A DNA stretch of 32,000 nucleotides from Candidatus Saccharimonadota bacterium (GTDB lineage Bacteria; Patescibacteriota; Saccharimonadia; Saccharimonadales; UBA4665), in the NCBI GenBank assembly GCA_002952755.1, contig CP025011.1:1200001-1232000 (forward strand), given 5' to 3'. Positions within the stretch are counted from its first letter, which is position 1; every line of letters begins with the position of its first letter. The notes beneath the pieces are model-generated. The model was not told where the DNA came from. It was given only the letters and a program-made list of their open reading frames with translations, and searched no databases. Below, one piece after another: positions 15,849-25,765 of the stretch. The position numbers and the translations under genes were made by a program.

Positions 15849-15944
15849 TCATACTTAATAAATACCCATCGCAGTTTTACTAAATCTCTGACCATTTTGC
15901 TTATATCAAGTGGCGATATGTCTACTTAACTTTTGCAGCAAACA

Positions 15945-17033
15945 CTACTTTCCTAACGCGTAATCCAAATATGCGTCAATGAGTGGTGTTACATTGCCGT
16001 TAAGGACGCCTTCAGCATCAGAAGTTTCATACTTACTGCGAAGATCCTTTACTTGTTTGTAGGGGTGTAGAACATACGATCGGATCTGGTTTCCCCACTC
16101 CGCCGATTGGTTCGGACCCTTCAGCTCGCTGATTCTCTCTTTATGCTGCTCAAGCTGCAGCGCGATGAGCTTAGAACGCAAGATAGTGAGCGCCATTTCT
16201 TTGTTTTGTAGCTGACTGCGTTCGTTCTGGATTGCAACTGTGATGCCCGTAGGAATGTGTGTCACGCGCACTGCCGAATCGGTTGTATTCACACTCTGGC
16301 CACCATGACCGCCGCTACGGTACACATCAATTCTGAGTTCTTTTTCGTCTATCACCAGATCTTCCGGATGGTCGACTACGGGTAGTATATCCACCTTCGC
16401 AAAACTGGTCTGTCGCAGATTGTCTGCATTAAACGGACTCAAGCGCACCAGTCGATGCACTCCATGTTCTCCTTTCAGCTTACCGAAAGCAAAGTCGCCC
16501 TTGATCTCCATCGTCACACTCTTGAACCCAGCTTCATCACCGGGCGATTCATCAATCACCTGTACCCTGTAGTCATTCTGCTCTGCCCAGCGAACATACA
16601 TACGCATGAGCATCTGAGCCCAGTCTTGAGCATCGGTGCCGCCCGCCCCGGCATAGATGCTCAAAATTGCGTCATGATCGTCGTATGGCCCAGAAAACCT
16701 CAACTCTTGCTTGAGCGCAGCGAACTGTTCTACTAACTGATTTAAGTTACCGCTGATCTCCGGACGCATTGTTTCATCGCTAATGTCGGTCAGCTGGATA
16801 AGATCGTCGACATCTTTTTGGAGATCGAGCCAAGGTTTAATACGCTGCTCAAGTTTGGCCTGTTGCTTTACCACTTCTTGTGCTTTTTGCGGTTCGTGCC
16901 AAAAATCGGATTTAGCAATTTCCTTATCAAGGTTTAATTTACGGGTCACCAGGGCATCGACATCAACGCGCTCGGCAGCAGCCTCAAGCTCAGCCTGCAG
17001 ATCGAGCGCTTGTTGGTGCAGGTCCTCAAGCAT
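15945..17033 (-). CDS. prfB: Peptide chain release factor 2
   Basis: It has the RF2-specific SPF tripeptide (RLSPFNA) and the GGQ motif (SGGHGGQSVN), and is similar along its full length. It is a single uninterrupted ORF with no +1 frameshift site. Confidence 0.95.
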   Translation of the reverse strand: MLEDLHQQALDLQAELEAAAERVDVDALVTRKLNLDKEIAKSDFWHEPQKAQEVVKQQAKLEQRIKPWLDLQKDVDDLIQLTDISDETMRPEISGNLNQLVEQFAALKQELRFSGPYDDHDAILSIYAGAGGTDAQDWAQMLMRMYVRWAEQNDYRVQVIDESPGDEAGFKSVTMEIKGDFAFGKLKGEHGVHRLVRLSPFNADNLRQTSFAKVDILPVVDHPEDLVIDEKELRIDVYRSGGHGGQSVNTTDSAVRVTHIPTGITVAIQNERSQLQNKEMALTILRSKLIALQLEQHKERISELKGPNQSAEWGNQIRSYVLHPYKQVKDLRSKYETSDAEGVLNGNVTPLIDAYLDYALGK

Positions 17034-17036
17034 AGT

Positions 17037-18341
17037 CTAACTCTTTGCTTCCGGCTTCACCCACAGCGGCGCAATTTGCTTGTGCAGTTCGCTGGCAAAA
17101 GGTTTTTCGCAATTACTCAAGACACCGAATCCCCATATCTTGTCAGCAAACAATGCCCGTGAGGTGTCAACAATCTGCGCTTTGGTTATAGCTTTGATAC
17201 GCCTTGGTACCTGATAATAATCTTCGACTACTCCGTCGAAGAAATACCGTCCGCTATAACCGCCAGCCACTCCGGCAACAGTCTGTGCACTGCGTTGGAA
17301 ACGACCCAGAGCGTATGCCTTGGCGGCATCTATATCCTCGGTTGCAATCTCGCCGCGGAAGACATTGTTTAGTTCATCAATGATAATATCGAACAATGCT
17401 GGAGCGTTCCGCTGGGATACCTGAGCACCAAACCACCAATTACTACTCAGCTTAGTTTGACCAAACCCGCTGCTCATGCCGTATACCAGTCCACGCTCAC
17501 GTGCCGTACCCAAAATCTTGGAATAGAGCGTCTCGGTAAGCATAGTATTGACCAGATTGAGCGCATCACTCTCCGGCTCCGCAAGTCGCCGCTGCATAAA
17601 ACTATCAATATAAAAATACAAATTTTTGACTGATTTGTTGTGGATATACACTGGAGTGTTCTGCGGCTTAGGGCGTTCGTCGGGCAGTTCAATACGCACA
17701 TCTCCAAGTGGCAGCTCGATATGTTCTAGGGTCGCTTGCACTGCCTCATGGCGTTTGGGAGTTAAATTTCCGGCGACGATAAACCGCAAATTGCGGGTAG
17801 TATGAGTACGCTCATAATGTTCGCGCACATCGGTAACGGTTACGTTGTCCATCAGCTTAAGACGCTCTTCGTCGGTTTTAGCCATAAAACCATAGCGTTC
17901 GCGTAAGGCAAGGCTGAGATGGCGGAAATGATTATTAGCCCGGGTGATAAGCTCTTCACGCACATTGCCAGCTTCCGCCTCAAACTCATCGGCAAGAAAT
18001 AGCGGCTTGGTGATAGCCAGCAGCATAAGCTCAAGAATACGCTCCCACTCAAAATCAGCACATTCCGCCTCATAACTAATTTCATATACGCTAGTGCTGG
18101 CGTTATTGTATGCACCGTTTTTCTCCAGTTCCGCCTGAAAGATACGACTCTTGGGATAGCGCTCATTCGCACCAAGCAATAGATGCTCCATAAGGTGCGG
18201 TGTTTCCCACTTTTCGGGTTTTACCAAATATTCCCCCGCCCGGAAATTGAGTTCAAAACTCATCACGGAAGCGTCCGGGACGTGGATTAACAAACCTTTG
18301 GCACCATTTTTTAAGGTCAATTCTGTAACAATATGCTTCAT
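17037..18341 (-). CDS. M16 (insulinase/pitrilysin) family zinc peptidase
   Basis: The inverted zinc motif HxxEH is present as PHLMEHLLLG near the N-terminus. The ~430-aa two-lobed size is typical of M16B. Confidence 0.8.
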   Translation of the reverse strand: MKHIVTELTLKNGAKGLLIHVPDASVMSFELNFRAGEYLVKPEKWETPHLMEHLLLGANERYPKSRIFQAELEKNGAYNNASTSVYEISYEAECADFEWERILELMLLAITKPLFLADEFEAEAGNVREELITRANNHFRHLSLALRERYGFMAKTDEERLKLMDNVTVTDVREHYERTHTTRNLRFIVAGNLTPKRHEAVQATLEHIELPLGDVRIELPDERPKPQNTPVYIHNKSVKNLYFYIDSFMQRRLAEPESDALNLVNTMLTETLYSKILGTARERGLVYGMSSGFGQTKLSSNWWFGAQVSQRNAPALFDIIIDELNNVFRGEIATEDIDAAKAYALGRFQRSAQTVAGVAGGYSGRYFFDGVVEDYYQVPRRIKAITKAQIVDTSRALFADKIWGFGVLSNCEKPFASELHKQIAPLWVKPEAKS

Positions 18342-18350
18342 GTTAAGAAC

Positions 18351-20957
18351 CTACTTGCGCTTACGGCCTTGGGCCTTGCGCTGTCGTTCGGCTTTGCGGG
18401 CCTTTTTGCGCATCACAGGTTGCTTCTTGACTGCTGCTTGATTGGCTTCTTTTGCCCTAAAGTCAGCTTCTTCAAACTCATCGTCGCCCGTCAGAATGCG
18501 ATCGGCATTGCTAATAGATTGACGGGCAGCCAGCGTTAATTCAGTTTCGGCGGGTTGCTCGAGCTGAGCAAGGTCGATAGGCTCAGCATGGAAGACCAAA
18601 CGAATAACTTCTTGGCGCAGGTTGGCCTGCATTTCTTCAAACAGCAATTGGCCCTGACGACGATATTCTACCAACGGATCGCGCTGTCCAATACTAATCC
18701 AGTGGATTCCTTCACGCAGGTGGTCCATATTTTCCAAGTGTTGCATCCATAGATTGTCCAGAACCTGTAAATAAATGTCCCGCTCCACTTTACGCATAAT
18801 TTCTTTTGTAAATGCCGCTTCGCGTCCATCGTACAGTTCGTACGCTTCCTTAATTAGAACATCGCTAAACTTATCTGCACCGGTGTCAAATAGCCGATCC
18901 AGACTCGGCTCATCAAGCGGAAATGTCTCGCGCACGATAGACTCAAATTGCTCGGTCAACAAATCTGGCGAGGCGGCGAGCATTCGAGCCTGCTCTTCAA
19001 TAAAAATCTTAACCCGCTTGCTGATATCATCGCTCTTTAAAATTTCCTTACGCATGGCATATGTCGCCTTGCGGTGACGGTTCATCACATCATCATACTG
19101 AACGACATTTTTACGCTGGTCGAAATGGAACCCTTCCACTTTCTTTTGGGCACCTTCCAGCGAGCGGGAGATCAAACGGTTCTCGATTGGCGTCTCGTCA
19201 TCCACTTTCAGACGATCCATGAGGCCTGCGATACGCTCACCACCGAATATACGCATCAGATCGTCTTCGGCACTCACAAAGAACTGGGTTACGCCAGGAT
19301 CCCCCTGTCGTCCTGCACGACCTCGAAGCTGATTATCAATACGGCGCGACTCATGACGCTCCGTGCCTAACACAAACAAACCACCCAGCTCCTTAACCTC
19401 CTCATCAAGCACGATGTCGGTACCACGACCAGCAATATTAGTAGCTAGCGTAACGGCACCTTTTTGCCCAGCACGCGCCACAATTGCCGCTTCTTTTTCG
19501 TTATTTTTGGCATTCAATACTTCATGAGGTACACCTGCCTTAGTCAGCATGCTGCCAAGCAACTCGTTCTTTTCGATTGAGACTGTGCCGAGTAGCACCG
19601 GTTGTCCCTTAGTGTGCAGCATTTTTACTTCTTTGACTATAGCCTTAAACTTACCCTTCTCGTTTTTGTAAATACGGTCCGGACGGTCATTGCGGGCCAA
19701 TTTACGGTTGGCTGGTACTTCTACAACGTCGAGTTTATAGATTTGGTGGAATTCCTCGGCCTCAGTTACTGCCGTCCCCGTCATGCCAGACAGTCTTTCA
19801 TACAAACGGAAATAATTCTGAAACGAAATAGTTGCCAATGTCATGCTTTCTTGCTGAACTTCGACCCCTTCCTTGGCCTCTATTGCTTGATGCAAGCCCT
19901 CGTTATAGCGTCGACCCTTTAGCAAGCGGCCTGTGAATTCGTCAACGATCACGATTTCGCCGTCATTGGTAGCTACGTAATCTTTATCACGCTTAAAGAG
20001 CGCCTGAGCACGAAGCGCCTGTTCAAGGTGATAAATGGTGCGGATGTTTTCGGTGGCATAGAGGTTGCTCACACCCAACACTTTTTCTACTTTGTCGACA
20101 CCCTTCTCGGTGAGGATAACTGTCTTGCGCTTTTCGTCTACCTCATAATGCTTTTCGTTCTCAAGTTGGCGAGCTACTTTAGCGAACTGCGCATAGGCGT
20201 TACCGCTCGTCACGCTGGGTGCGGAAATAATTAAGGGGGTGCGGGCTTCGTCGATCAAAATAGAGTCGGCTTCGTCCACAATAGCAAAGTGCAGATCACG
20301 CTGCGCAAGCTGATCTACTTCGCGGACCATATTGTCGCGTAAGTAGTCGAACCCAAACTCATTATTAGTGCCATACGTAATGTCAGCGGTGTACGCTTCG
20401 CGGCGTGATGCCGGCTTGAGGTGACGAAAACGGTCGTCCTCGTGCTCAGTGTTTGTAAAATCTGGGTCGTAAATATAGGAATGATCAGCAATAATAACGC
20501 CAACCGTCATCCCCAGGAATGAATAGACCTTCCCCATCCAGCCCGCATCGCGCTGGGCCAGATACTCGTTTACTGTAACTACGTGCGCACCTTTTCCAGT
20601 GAGCGCATTCAGATACACGGGCAGCGTCGCCACCAACGTCTTACCTTCACCCGTCTTCATCTCGGCCACGTTACCTTCATGCAAAACCATGCCACCAATA
20701 AGTTGGACGTCGAAATGACGTAAGCCTATTGTTCTGTCGGCTGCCTCGCGCATGACTGCAAAAGCATCGGGCAGTATCTTATCAAGACTTTCTTTTTTGA
20801 GGCGCTTTTTGAGTACGCCCGTTTGCTCCTTGAGTTTACTGTCGGACATCTTCTTATAGGTATCGGCTACCGCGTTCACCTCGCGGACGCGCTTTTTGAG
20901 GCGCTTCACGGTGCGTGCTTGCGGATCACCAAGCAATTTCTTTAGCAGACCATTCAT
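18351..20957 (-). CDS. secA: Preprotein translocase ATPase SecA
   Basis: Walker A MKTGEGKT and the DEAD-like FAIVDEADSILIDEARTPLIIS are present, along with TNMAGRGTDI-like TNIAGRGTDI and RGRAGRQGDPG. It has a basic C-terminal tail without a Cys-rich zinc motif. Confidence 0.98.
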   Translation of the reverse strand: MNGLLKKLLGDPQARTVKRLKKRVREVNAVADTYKKMSDSKLKEQTGVLKKRLKKESLDKILPDAFAVMREAADRTIGLRHFDVQLIGGMVLHEGNVAEMKTGEGKTLVATLPVYLNALTGKGAHVVTVNEYLAQRDAGWMGKVYSFLGMTVGVIIADHSYIYDPDFTNTEHEDDRFRHLKPASRREAYTADITYGTNNEFGFDYLRDNMVREVDQLAQRDLHFAIVDEADSILIDEARTPLIISAPSVTSGNAYAQFAKVARQLENEKHYEVDEKRKTVILTEKGVDKVEKVLGVSNLYATENIRTIYHLEQALRAQALFKRDKDYVATNDGEIVIVDEFTGRLLKGRRYNEGLHQAIEAKEGVEVQQESMTLATISFQNYFRLYERLSGMTGTAVTEAEEFHQIYKLDVVEVPANRKLARNDRPDRIYKNEKGKFKAIVKEVKMLHTKGQPVLLGTVSIEKNELLGSMLTKAGVPHEVLNAKNNEKEAAIVARAGQKGAVTLATNIAGRGTDIVLDEEVKELGGLFVLGTERHESRRIDNQLRGRAGRQGDPGVTQFFVSAEDDLMRIFGGERIAGLMDRLKVDDETPIENRLISRSLEGAQKKVEGFHFDQRKNVVQYDDVMNRHRKATYAMRKEILKSDDISKRVKIFIEEQARMLAASPDLLTEQFESIVRETFPLDEPSLDRLFDTGADKFSDVLIKEAYELYDGREAAFTKEIMRKVERDIYLQVLDNLWMQHLENMDHLREGIHWISIGQRDPLVEYRRQGQLLFEEMQANLRQEVIRLVFHAEPIDLAQLEQPAETELTLAARQSISNADRILTGDDEFEEADFRAKEANQAAVKKQPVMRKKARKAERQRKAQGRKRK

Positions 20958-21066
20958 GATCGTATGACTCCCTCTTTCGTCGTTTTCGGCTTACGACATA
21001 TTGTAACCCGAACTACCAGAGAAAACGAGTCTAATATGGTGTAAAAATGATTGCCAAAACTATTTT

Positions 21067-21429
21067 TCAGGCCTCCTGGTGCTTGAGGCGAGCGAGCAGT
21101 CGCTGCCGCTTTTTAGGATCGGCGTGCATTTCTTTGTATTTATGCAGCTGCTTCTTTAGTTTTTCCTCAACTATATCGATAGCGGCGTACATATTAATGG
21201 TTGTTTCGCTCAGCGTCAGTACTTCATGTGGCAAGTGCATAATAACCTCGCACGTCCGGATTTGTTTATCTTTTGCCTTTCCCTCTTTGAGTTTTACTTC
21301 AGCATGTACGCTATCCCGTGCGCGCCGGGGAACGTACTTGTCCAGCCGCCCAATCTTTTTCAGGACGTAGCGCCGCAGGTCGTCGCCTACAGGCATGTGA
21401 ACACCATCAATTTCGAGTTTCTGGATCAT
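21067..21429 (-). CDS. hpf: Ribosome hibernation promoting factor / RaiA family (short form)
   Basis: A 120-aa sigma54-modulation/S30EA-type sequence (GVHMPVGDDLRRYVLKKIGRLDKY ... MYAAIDIVEEKLKKQL). Its position upstream of secA matches the arrangement in Firmicutes. Confidence 0.85.
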   Translation of the reverse strand: MIQKLEIDGVHMPVGDDLRRYVLKKIGRLDKYVPRRARDSVHAEVKLKEGKAKDKQIRTCEVIMHLPHEVLTLSETTINMYAAIDIVEEKLKKQLHKYKEMHADPKKRQRLLARLKHQEA

Positions 21430-21448
21430 ACTGCCCTCCTTTTATATA

Positions 21449-22747
21449 TTAGAGTTCGGATCTACCACCCATATACGGGCGCAGAATTTCTGGAATCATG
21501 ATGCGGCCATCAGCGGTCTGGTAATTCTCGATGATCGCTTTTAGGATACGGCTAAAGGCAAACGCGGTTGCGTCGGCGGTGTGTACTAATTCGATCCGTC
21601 CCCCTTTGCGGCGGATACGGATCTTTAGATCGCGCGACTGATAATCGGTCATGTAGTCGGCGGTGTGCGTTTCGCGGTATTTGCCCTGTCCCGGAAACCA
21701 ACAGTTTAAGTCGACACCAGCGGCATTCGGCTTACCAATATCTGCCGTGCATTTTTGTATAAACTGATAGGATAGCCCCAGCTGCTGCATGAGATATTCC
21801 TGGATTGCAATGTGTAGTTTGTGCTCTTGCAGCCCGGTTTCTGGAGTAGCGAACGACTCCATCTCCAGCTTGTCGAATTGATGCAGACGGAAAATGCCTT
21901 CTTCGTCCTTACCATAAGTACCGGCCTCGCGGCGGAATGACGTACTGTAGCCAAGGTAGCGAATGGGAAACATATCTTCGGATAAAATCTCATCCCAATA
22001 CATAGTGCACAGAGTGTGTTCGGCGCTGGCATTCAACCATAGGTCGTCTTGCTCAATCTTGTAGGTTACTTCCTCAGCATTCAGACGAGCCGAAGCAACA
22101 TACGGCGCAGTACGCAGCATGGCCGGCGGCAAGACAGGGGTAAAGGGTTTGGTGCTTATCTGTAGATCATTATCGGCAACGAGCTTTCTTATGATGGCCT
22201 CGTCGCCAAGCGTATCCATAACAAATTGCAGCAAGCCGAATTGCAAACGGACTAGTCCGCCCTTTAGGTAGGCGAAGCGGGCACCGGCAATTTTGGCGGC
22301 GCGTTCTTTATCAATCAGATCGCGCTCGGCACCCAGCTGATAATCATGTTTAGGTACCCCTTCAAGCTGCGGCTTTTCGCCCACTGTTTTGACGATAACG
22401 TTCTCGTCCTCGTGCGCCCCAATCGGGACAAAATCGAGCGGCATATTTGGGACGCTGCGCAAAAGCGTTTCAAACTGCGCATTGATATTGCCCAGTCGCT
22501 CCTCAGCGGCAGCTAACTCAGCCTTAATTGTCTTGCCCTGTGCGATAAGTTCTGACTCCGGCTTACCGCCCTTCATTTTGTCGGAGTTCTCATTTCGTTG
22601 TTGGCGCAAGCCCTCAACTATACCAAGCACATTACGGCGCTCTTCGTCGATATGCAACAGCTGAGTCACATCCACTGGATAGCCCTTTTGCTTTGCTTTT
22701 TCTGCTACTTGTTCAGGATTGTCGCGTATGTATTGGATGTCGATCAT
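21449..22747 (-). CDS. serS: Seryl-tRNA synthetase
   Basis: It has an N-terminal coiled-coil arm (MIDIQYIRDNPE...) and class II motifs (FRREAG, TYGKDEEGIFRLHQFDKLE, GRIMIPEILRPYMGG). A GAGGA SD is present. Confidence 0.96.
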   Translation of the reverse strand: MIDIQYIRDNPEQVAEKAKQKGYPVDVTQLLHIDEERRNVLGIVEGLRQQRNENSDKMKGGKPESELIAQGKTIKAELAAAEERLGNINAQFETLLRSVPNMPLDFVPIGAHEDENVIVKTVGEKPQLEGVPKHDYQLGAERDLIDKERAAKIAGARFAYLKGGLVRLQFGLLQFVMDTLGDEAIIRKLVADNDLQISTKPFTPVLPPAMLRTAPYVASARLNAEEVTYKIEQDDLWLNASAEHTLCTMYWDEILSEDMFPIRYLGYSTSFRREAGTYGKDEEGIFRLHQFDKLEMESFATPETGLQEHKLHIAIQEYLMQQLGLSYQFIQKCTADIGKPNAAGVDLNCWFPGQGKYRETHTADYMTDYQSRDLKIRIRRKGGRIELVHTADATAFAFSRILKAIIENYQTADGRIMIPEILRPYMGGRSEL

Positions 22748-22859
22748 ATATTCGTCCTCATAAATGTAGTTATCGGTAAATTGTCGTTACTTAACTCACA
22801 GAACGACTGGAACGAAAGTTTCGACTCAGGTACATCACTAAGTGCTTCATCACAATCTT

Positions 22860-22868
22860 ATTATAGCA
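22860..22868 (-). promoter_or_regulatory. Extended -10 element (TGCTATAAT) upstream of serS
   Basis: The minus strand reads TGCTATAAT. It would give a ~105-nt 5' leader before the serS ATG at 22747. Confidence 0.45.
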
Positions 22869-22969
22869 TCCATTGGCCTAACCGGCAGGGACGACGCACC
22901 TAAAGTGAACTTTACTAGACGGCTATTTTATTTATTTCGTATAGTTCTGGGTAACAAAGGAGCTTAAGT

Positions 22970-23683
22970 ATGAGTTTAGATGTAAAAATCCACGCCACGC
23001 AAACCAGCATTTTACGAGAACTACTGTTTCATCCCGAGGCAACCTTTGCAGTTTTGCAAAAGCCTACCGGTTTAACGAGCGATCACTTTAACTTTCATAT
23101 TGGGCGCCTTGTCGAACTGCAGCTGGTCGAGAAAAACGATTCCGGCGCTTACCACCTTACCACTCAGGGCAAAGAATATGCCAATCGTTTAGACACCGAT
23201 AACAACACTATCGAGCGGCAGCCTAAATCTGCAGTCATCCTGGCGCTAGAACGCGTTGGCACAAACGGCACAACGGAATATTTATTCCAGAAACGCCTCA
23301 AAAACCCCTATTTTGGTTACTGGGGGCTGCCAACCGGCAAATTACGCTGGGGTGAAACAATCGTCGAGGGAGCAGCTCGCGAGGCACAGGAAGAAGCTGG
23401 ACTCACTGCTAATTTCGTAATCGCCGGTGTCTATCACGAGCAGGTGCAACTAGCCGAAACAGGCGAACTCTTGGAAGATAAAATCTTTTTCGTAGCGCGG
23501 GGCACTCACCCGCGAGGAACATTGCAGTGCGACTTCGAGGGTGGGCACAATCAGTGGATGACCTTTGAACAAGCCTTCAAAAAGGATAAAAAGTTCGAAA
23601 GCTTTGCGCACGAAATCGATATCCTGAGTGGCAAACAATGGCTCGTCGAAGAAACAGTCGTCCTTACTAAAAAACAATTTTAA
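22970..23683 (+). CDS. Winged-helix (N-terminal) plus Nudix hydrolase (C-terminal) fusion protein
   Basis: The Nudix box GKLRWGETIVEGAAREAQEEAGL is intact and fits GX5EX7REUXEEXGU. The N-terminal ~70 aa resemble a MarR/ArsR-like wHTH (TSILRELLFHPEATFAVLQKPTGLTSDHFNFHIGRLVELQLVEK). An AAAGGAG SD is present. Confidence 0.8.
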   Translation: MSLDVKIHATQTSILRELLFHPEATFAVLQKPTGLTSDHFNFHIGRLVELQLVEKNDSGAYHLTTQGKEYANRLDTDNNTIERQPKSAVILALERVGTNGTTEYLFQKRLKNPYFGYWGLPTGKLRWGETIVEGAAREAQEEAGLTANFVIAGVYHEQVQLAETGELLEDKIFFVARGTHPRGTLQCDFEGGHNQWMTFEQAFKKDKKFESFAHEIDILSGKQWLVEETVVLTKKQF

Positions 23684-24468
23684 GCGCTGGTTTTTGAACG
23701 TTTCTGAAGCTCAGTAAGAGTAAGCTTAGTACGCGCGCGGGCGTATGCGCAAAATTCACACTCGCCGCCCATAATGCTTTCGCCTACTGGCGGCATATCT
23801 CCGTCCATACATGCTTTCATCTCAAGGAGCGTACGTTCAATCCAACTATCGCTGCCTGTGTATGGAATGACTTTGGTTCGAAATTCCACGCGGTCGTTAA
23901 ATCCATCCAGGTCAGCCCTCCCATTGGCATACACAAAGTATGCAGTGTCGCTCACCGTCAGCTCGTTGCGGCGCAAGAGCCACTGATACACCTCTACTTG
24001 ACGCTTGTAGCTGATTTGCCAGTCAGCATTAATATCAACCTCTTTGCCTTTAGAGGTCGCCTTATAGTCGACAACGATAACAGCGCCGTCCGGCGCCACC
24101 CATAGGTCGTCCACTCCACCGAAAATCAATAAGTTGGTTGGCTCGTGGACAAACTGGACACCGACGAATGTCTCGCGCCATTGATCGAGTTTTTCATGGC
24201 TAAACGGCACTGCATCAACTTTATACTCCACCATCAGCGGATGAGGTTCGCCCTTTACCCGATAGCCGTCAAACTCCTTTTTGAATAACTCATCAATCGT
24301 TTTGTTGATATTAAACGGCGGCCCTTCGGGGCGTTTAATCTTGAGACGTACATCAAGCCAAAAACAGCGCGGGCACTGTTTATAGAGCTCGATTTTCGAG
24401 CGACTCACCTTAAATGGTGTTGTCTGCCCTGGCCGATATGGCACAGAGCGCTCCCTCCAGTAATTCAT
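23680..24468 (-). CDS. PD-(D/E)XK nuclease family protein, Cas4/RecB-like with a Cys cluster
   Basis: It has a GGVDDL ... VVDYKAT core (D...D/E-x-K) and a QVEVYQWLL (QxxxY) motif. There is an N-terminal CPRC plus C-terminal C...CEFC cysteines. There is no CRISPR context. Confidence 0.7.
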   Translation of the reverse strand: MNYWRERSVPYRPGQTTPFKVSRSKIELYKQCPRCFWLDVRLKIKRPEGPPFNINKTIDELFKKEFDGYRVKGEPHPLMVEYKVDAVPFSHEKLDQWRETFVGVQFVHEPTNLLIFGGVDDLWVAPDGAVIVVDYKATSKGKEVDINADWQISYKRQVEVYQWLLRRNELTVSDTAYFVYANGRADLDGFNDRVEFRTKVIPYTGSDSWIERTLLEMKACMDGDMPPVGESIMGGECEFCAYARARTKLTLTELQKRSKTSA

Positions 24469-24488
24469 GTCCTTAGATTGTAGCAGCT

Positions 24489-25742
24489 TTAAGCCGACTT
24501 GCGGATCAGAACAGCTAACGTCTCGATATGCGGTGTATGTGGAAAAAAGTTGAAGGCTTCGAAATAATCTATACTATAGGCATCCTGTAGTTTGGCGAGA
24601 TCGCGCGCTTGCGTTGCAGGATTGCAACTCAAATATATAATTTTTGGCGGCAATACTTCCAGCACATGGTTAACGATATGGTCGTGCAAACCAGCGCGCG
24701 GGGGGTCAAAGATAATAGGTGACGCCGCAGTGATCGCATCGAGCGCCTTTTCACTACTTGTTTCGATAACGGTCGCTTCAAGCGTACTTGTGGAAGCGTT
24801 CACTCTAGCCATGGCAGCGCTGGCGGTATCCAGTTCCACTAGTTCGACCTTCTTCGTTGCCACACTGAGTCCAATCGTCCCTACCCCAGCGTACATATCA
24901 ACGATTTCCGAAGCGTCACAATGCTCTCGGATACGGGCAAGCGTTTCACTAAAGATCGGGATATTGACCTGAAAAAACGAATCGACATCGTATATAAATT
25001 GCCTGCCCAGCAGCTCGTCGCTGAGCGTCGCTTCCCCAAGTTCATACAGCAATCTGGTGGGCACTGACGCAGGGCTCTTTGGGTTAGAATAATATACTCG
25101 TAGGCCCTTTATCTCAGGTGGCAAAGTTATTTTGCGGAAAGTTTCGAGCTTTACAAATAAAGCCGCAACCGTGTCACCTCGCTGATTACAGCGCACCACC
25201 ACGCTTTTAAGATCACCGGCACGAGGCGTACTTTTACGTAGTTCGACAACGAGCGCCCGGGCGCCGGCGTCTACTGCCGGTAGTGCAAGCTCACTTCCAT
25301 GCACAATCGTCTTTTGGTGCGTACCACGATTAAAAAGGGCCAAGTGTAATCCGTCGTCATCGCCCCAAAACGAATACTCCATCTTATTACGATACCGCCA
25401 TTCCTCACCTGCAGCAGTCATCCGAAAATCAGGAATTGAAACGTGTGCTTGAGAAAATAGCTCCCCTACGATACCTTTTTTATACTCATTTTCGGCGCTA
25501 AACTGCACAATCTGCCAAGGGCTCGTGGCCAGATAATTCTTTTCCCGCGGCTCAGCTCTCACCGGCGACCGCTCAATAATATCTACGGTAACTGCCTCGG
25601 CGTAGGATTTCTTCCCCTTTAATACATCAATCGTGACGCGCTCACCTGGCAAGGCGCCCCACACAAAGACCCTACGGCCATCAGGCAGCGTGCCTAGCCC
25701 CTGCCCGCCGTGCACCATTTTTTCAATGACAACCTCTACCAT
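24489..25742 (-). CDS. TRAM-domain class I SAM-dependent RNA (uracil-5)-methyltransferase (RlmD/TrmA family)
   Basis: It has an N-terminal TRAM-like beta barrel (HGGQGLGTLPDGRRVFVWGALPGERV), then DMYAGVGTIG and FDPPRAGL. The catalytic Cys lies in YLSCNPAT, and FNFFPHTPHIETL is present. No Fe-S Cys cluster was seen. Confidence 0.85.
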   Translation of the reverse strand: MVEVVIEKMVHGGQGLGTLPDGRRVFVWGALPGERVTIDVLKGKKSYAEAVTVDIIERSPVRAEPREKNYLATSPWQIVQFSAENEYKKGIVGELFSQAHVSIPDFRMTAAGEEWRYRNKMEYSFWGDDDGLHLALFNRGTHQKTIVHGSELALPAVDAGARALVVELRKSTPRAGDLKSVVVRCNQRGDTVAALFVKLETFRKITLPPEIKGLRVYYSNPKSPASVPTRLLYELGEATLSDELLGRQFIYDVDSFFQVNIPIFSETLARIREHCDASEIVDMYAGVGTIGLSVATKKVELVELDTASAAMARVNASTSTLEATVIETSSEKALDAITAASPIIFDPPRAGLHDHIVNHVLEVLPPKIIYLSCNPATQARDLAKLQDAYSIDYFEAFNFFPHTPHIETLAVLIRKSA

Positions 25743-25765
25743 TTTCCTATACTACTTTCTGGACG

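Noticed and set aside
15945-17033. Programmed +1 frameshift site in prfB
   Set aside because: The ORF is continuous from its ATG. The region that aligns to the E. coli frameshift site (…RGYL*DYD…) reads ERVDVDAL with no in-frame stop. This is a normal variant found in a minority of bacteria and mainly indicates that UGA is a stop codon here.
22748-22969. Possible T-box riboswitch leader upstream of serS. The segment uuagugauguaccug loosely resembles the T-box sequence AGGGUGGUACCGCG.
   Set aside because: Only about 8/11 positions match, and the UGGN that must pair with the tRNA NCCA end is not present. I could find no convincing Stem I/specifier loop or terminator/antiterminator pair. The best promoter (TGCTATAAT at 22860..22868) leaves only ~105 nt of leader, which is too short for a T-box.
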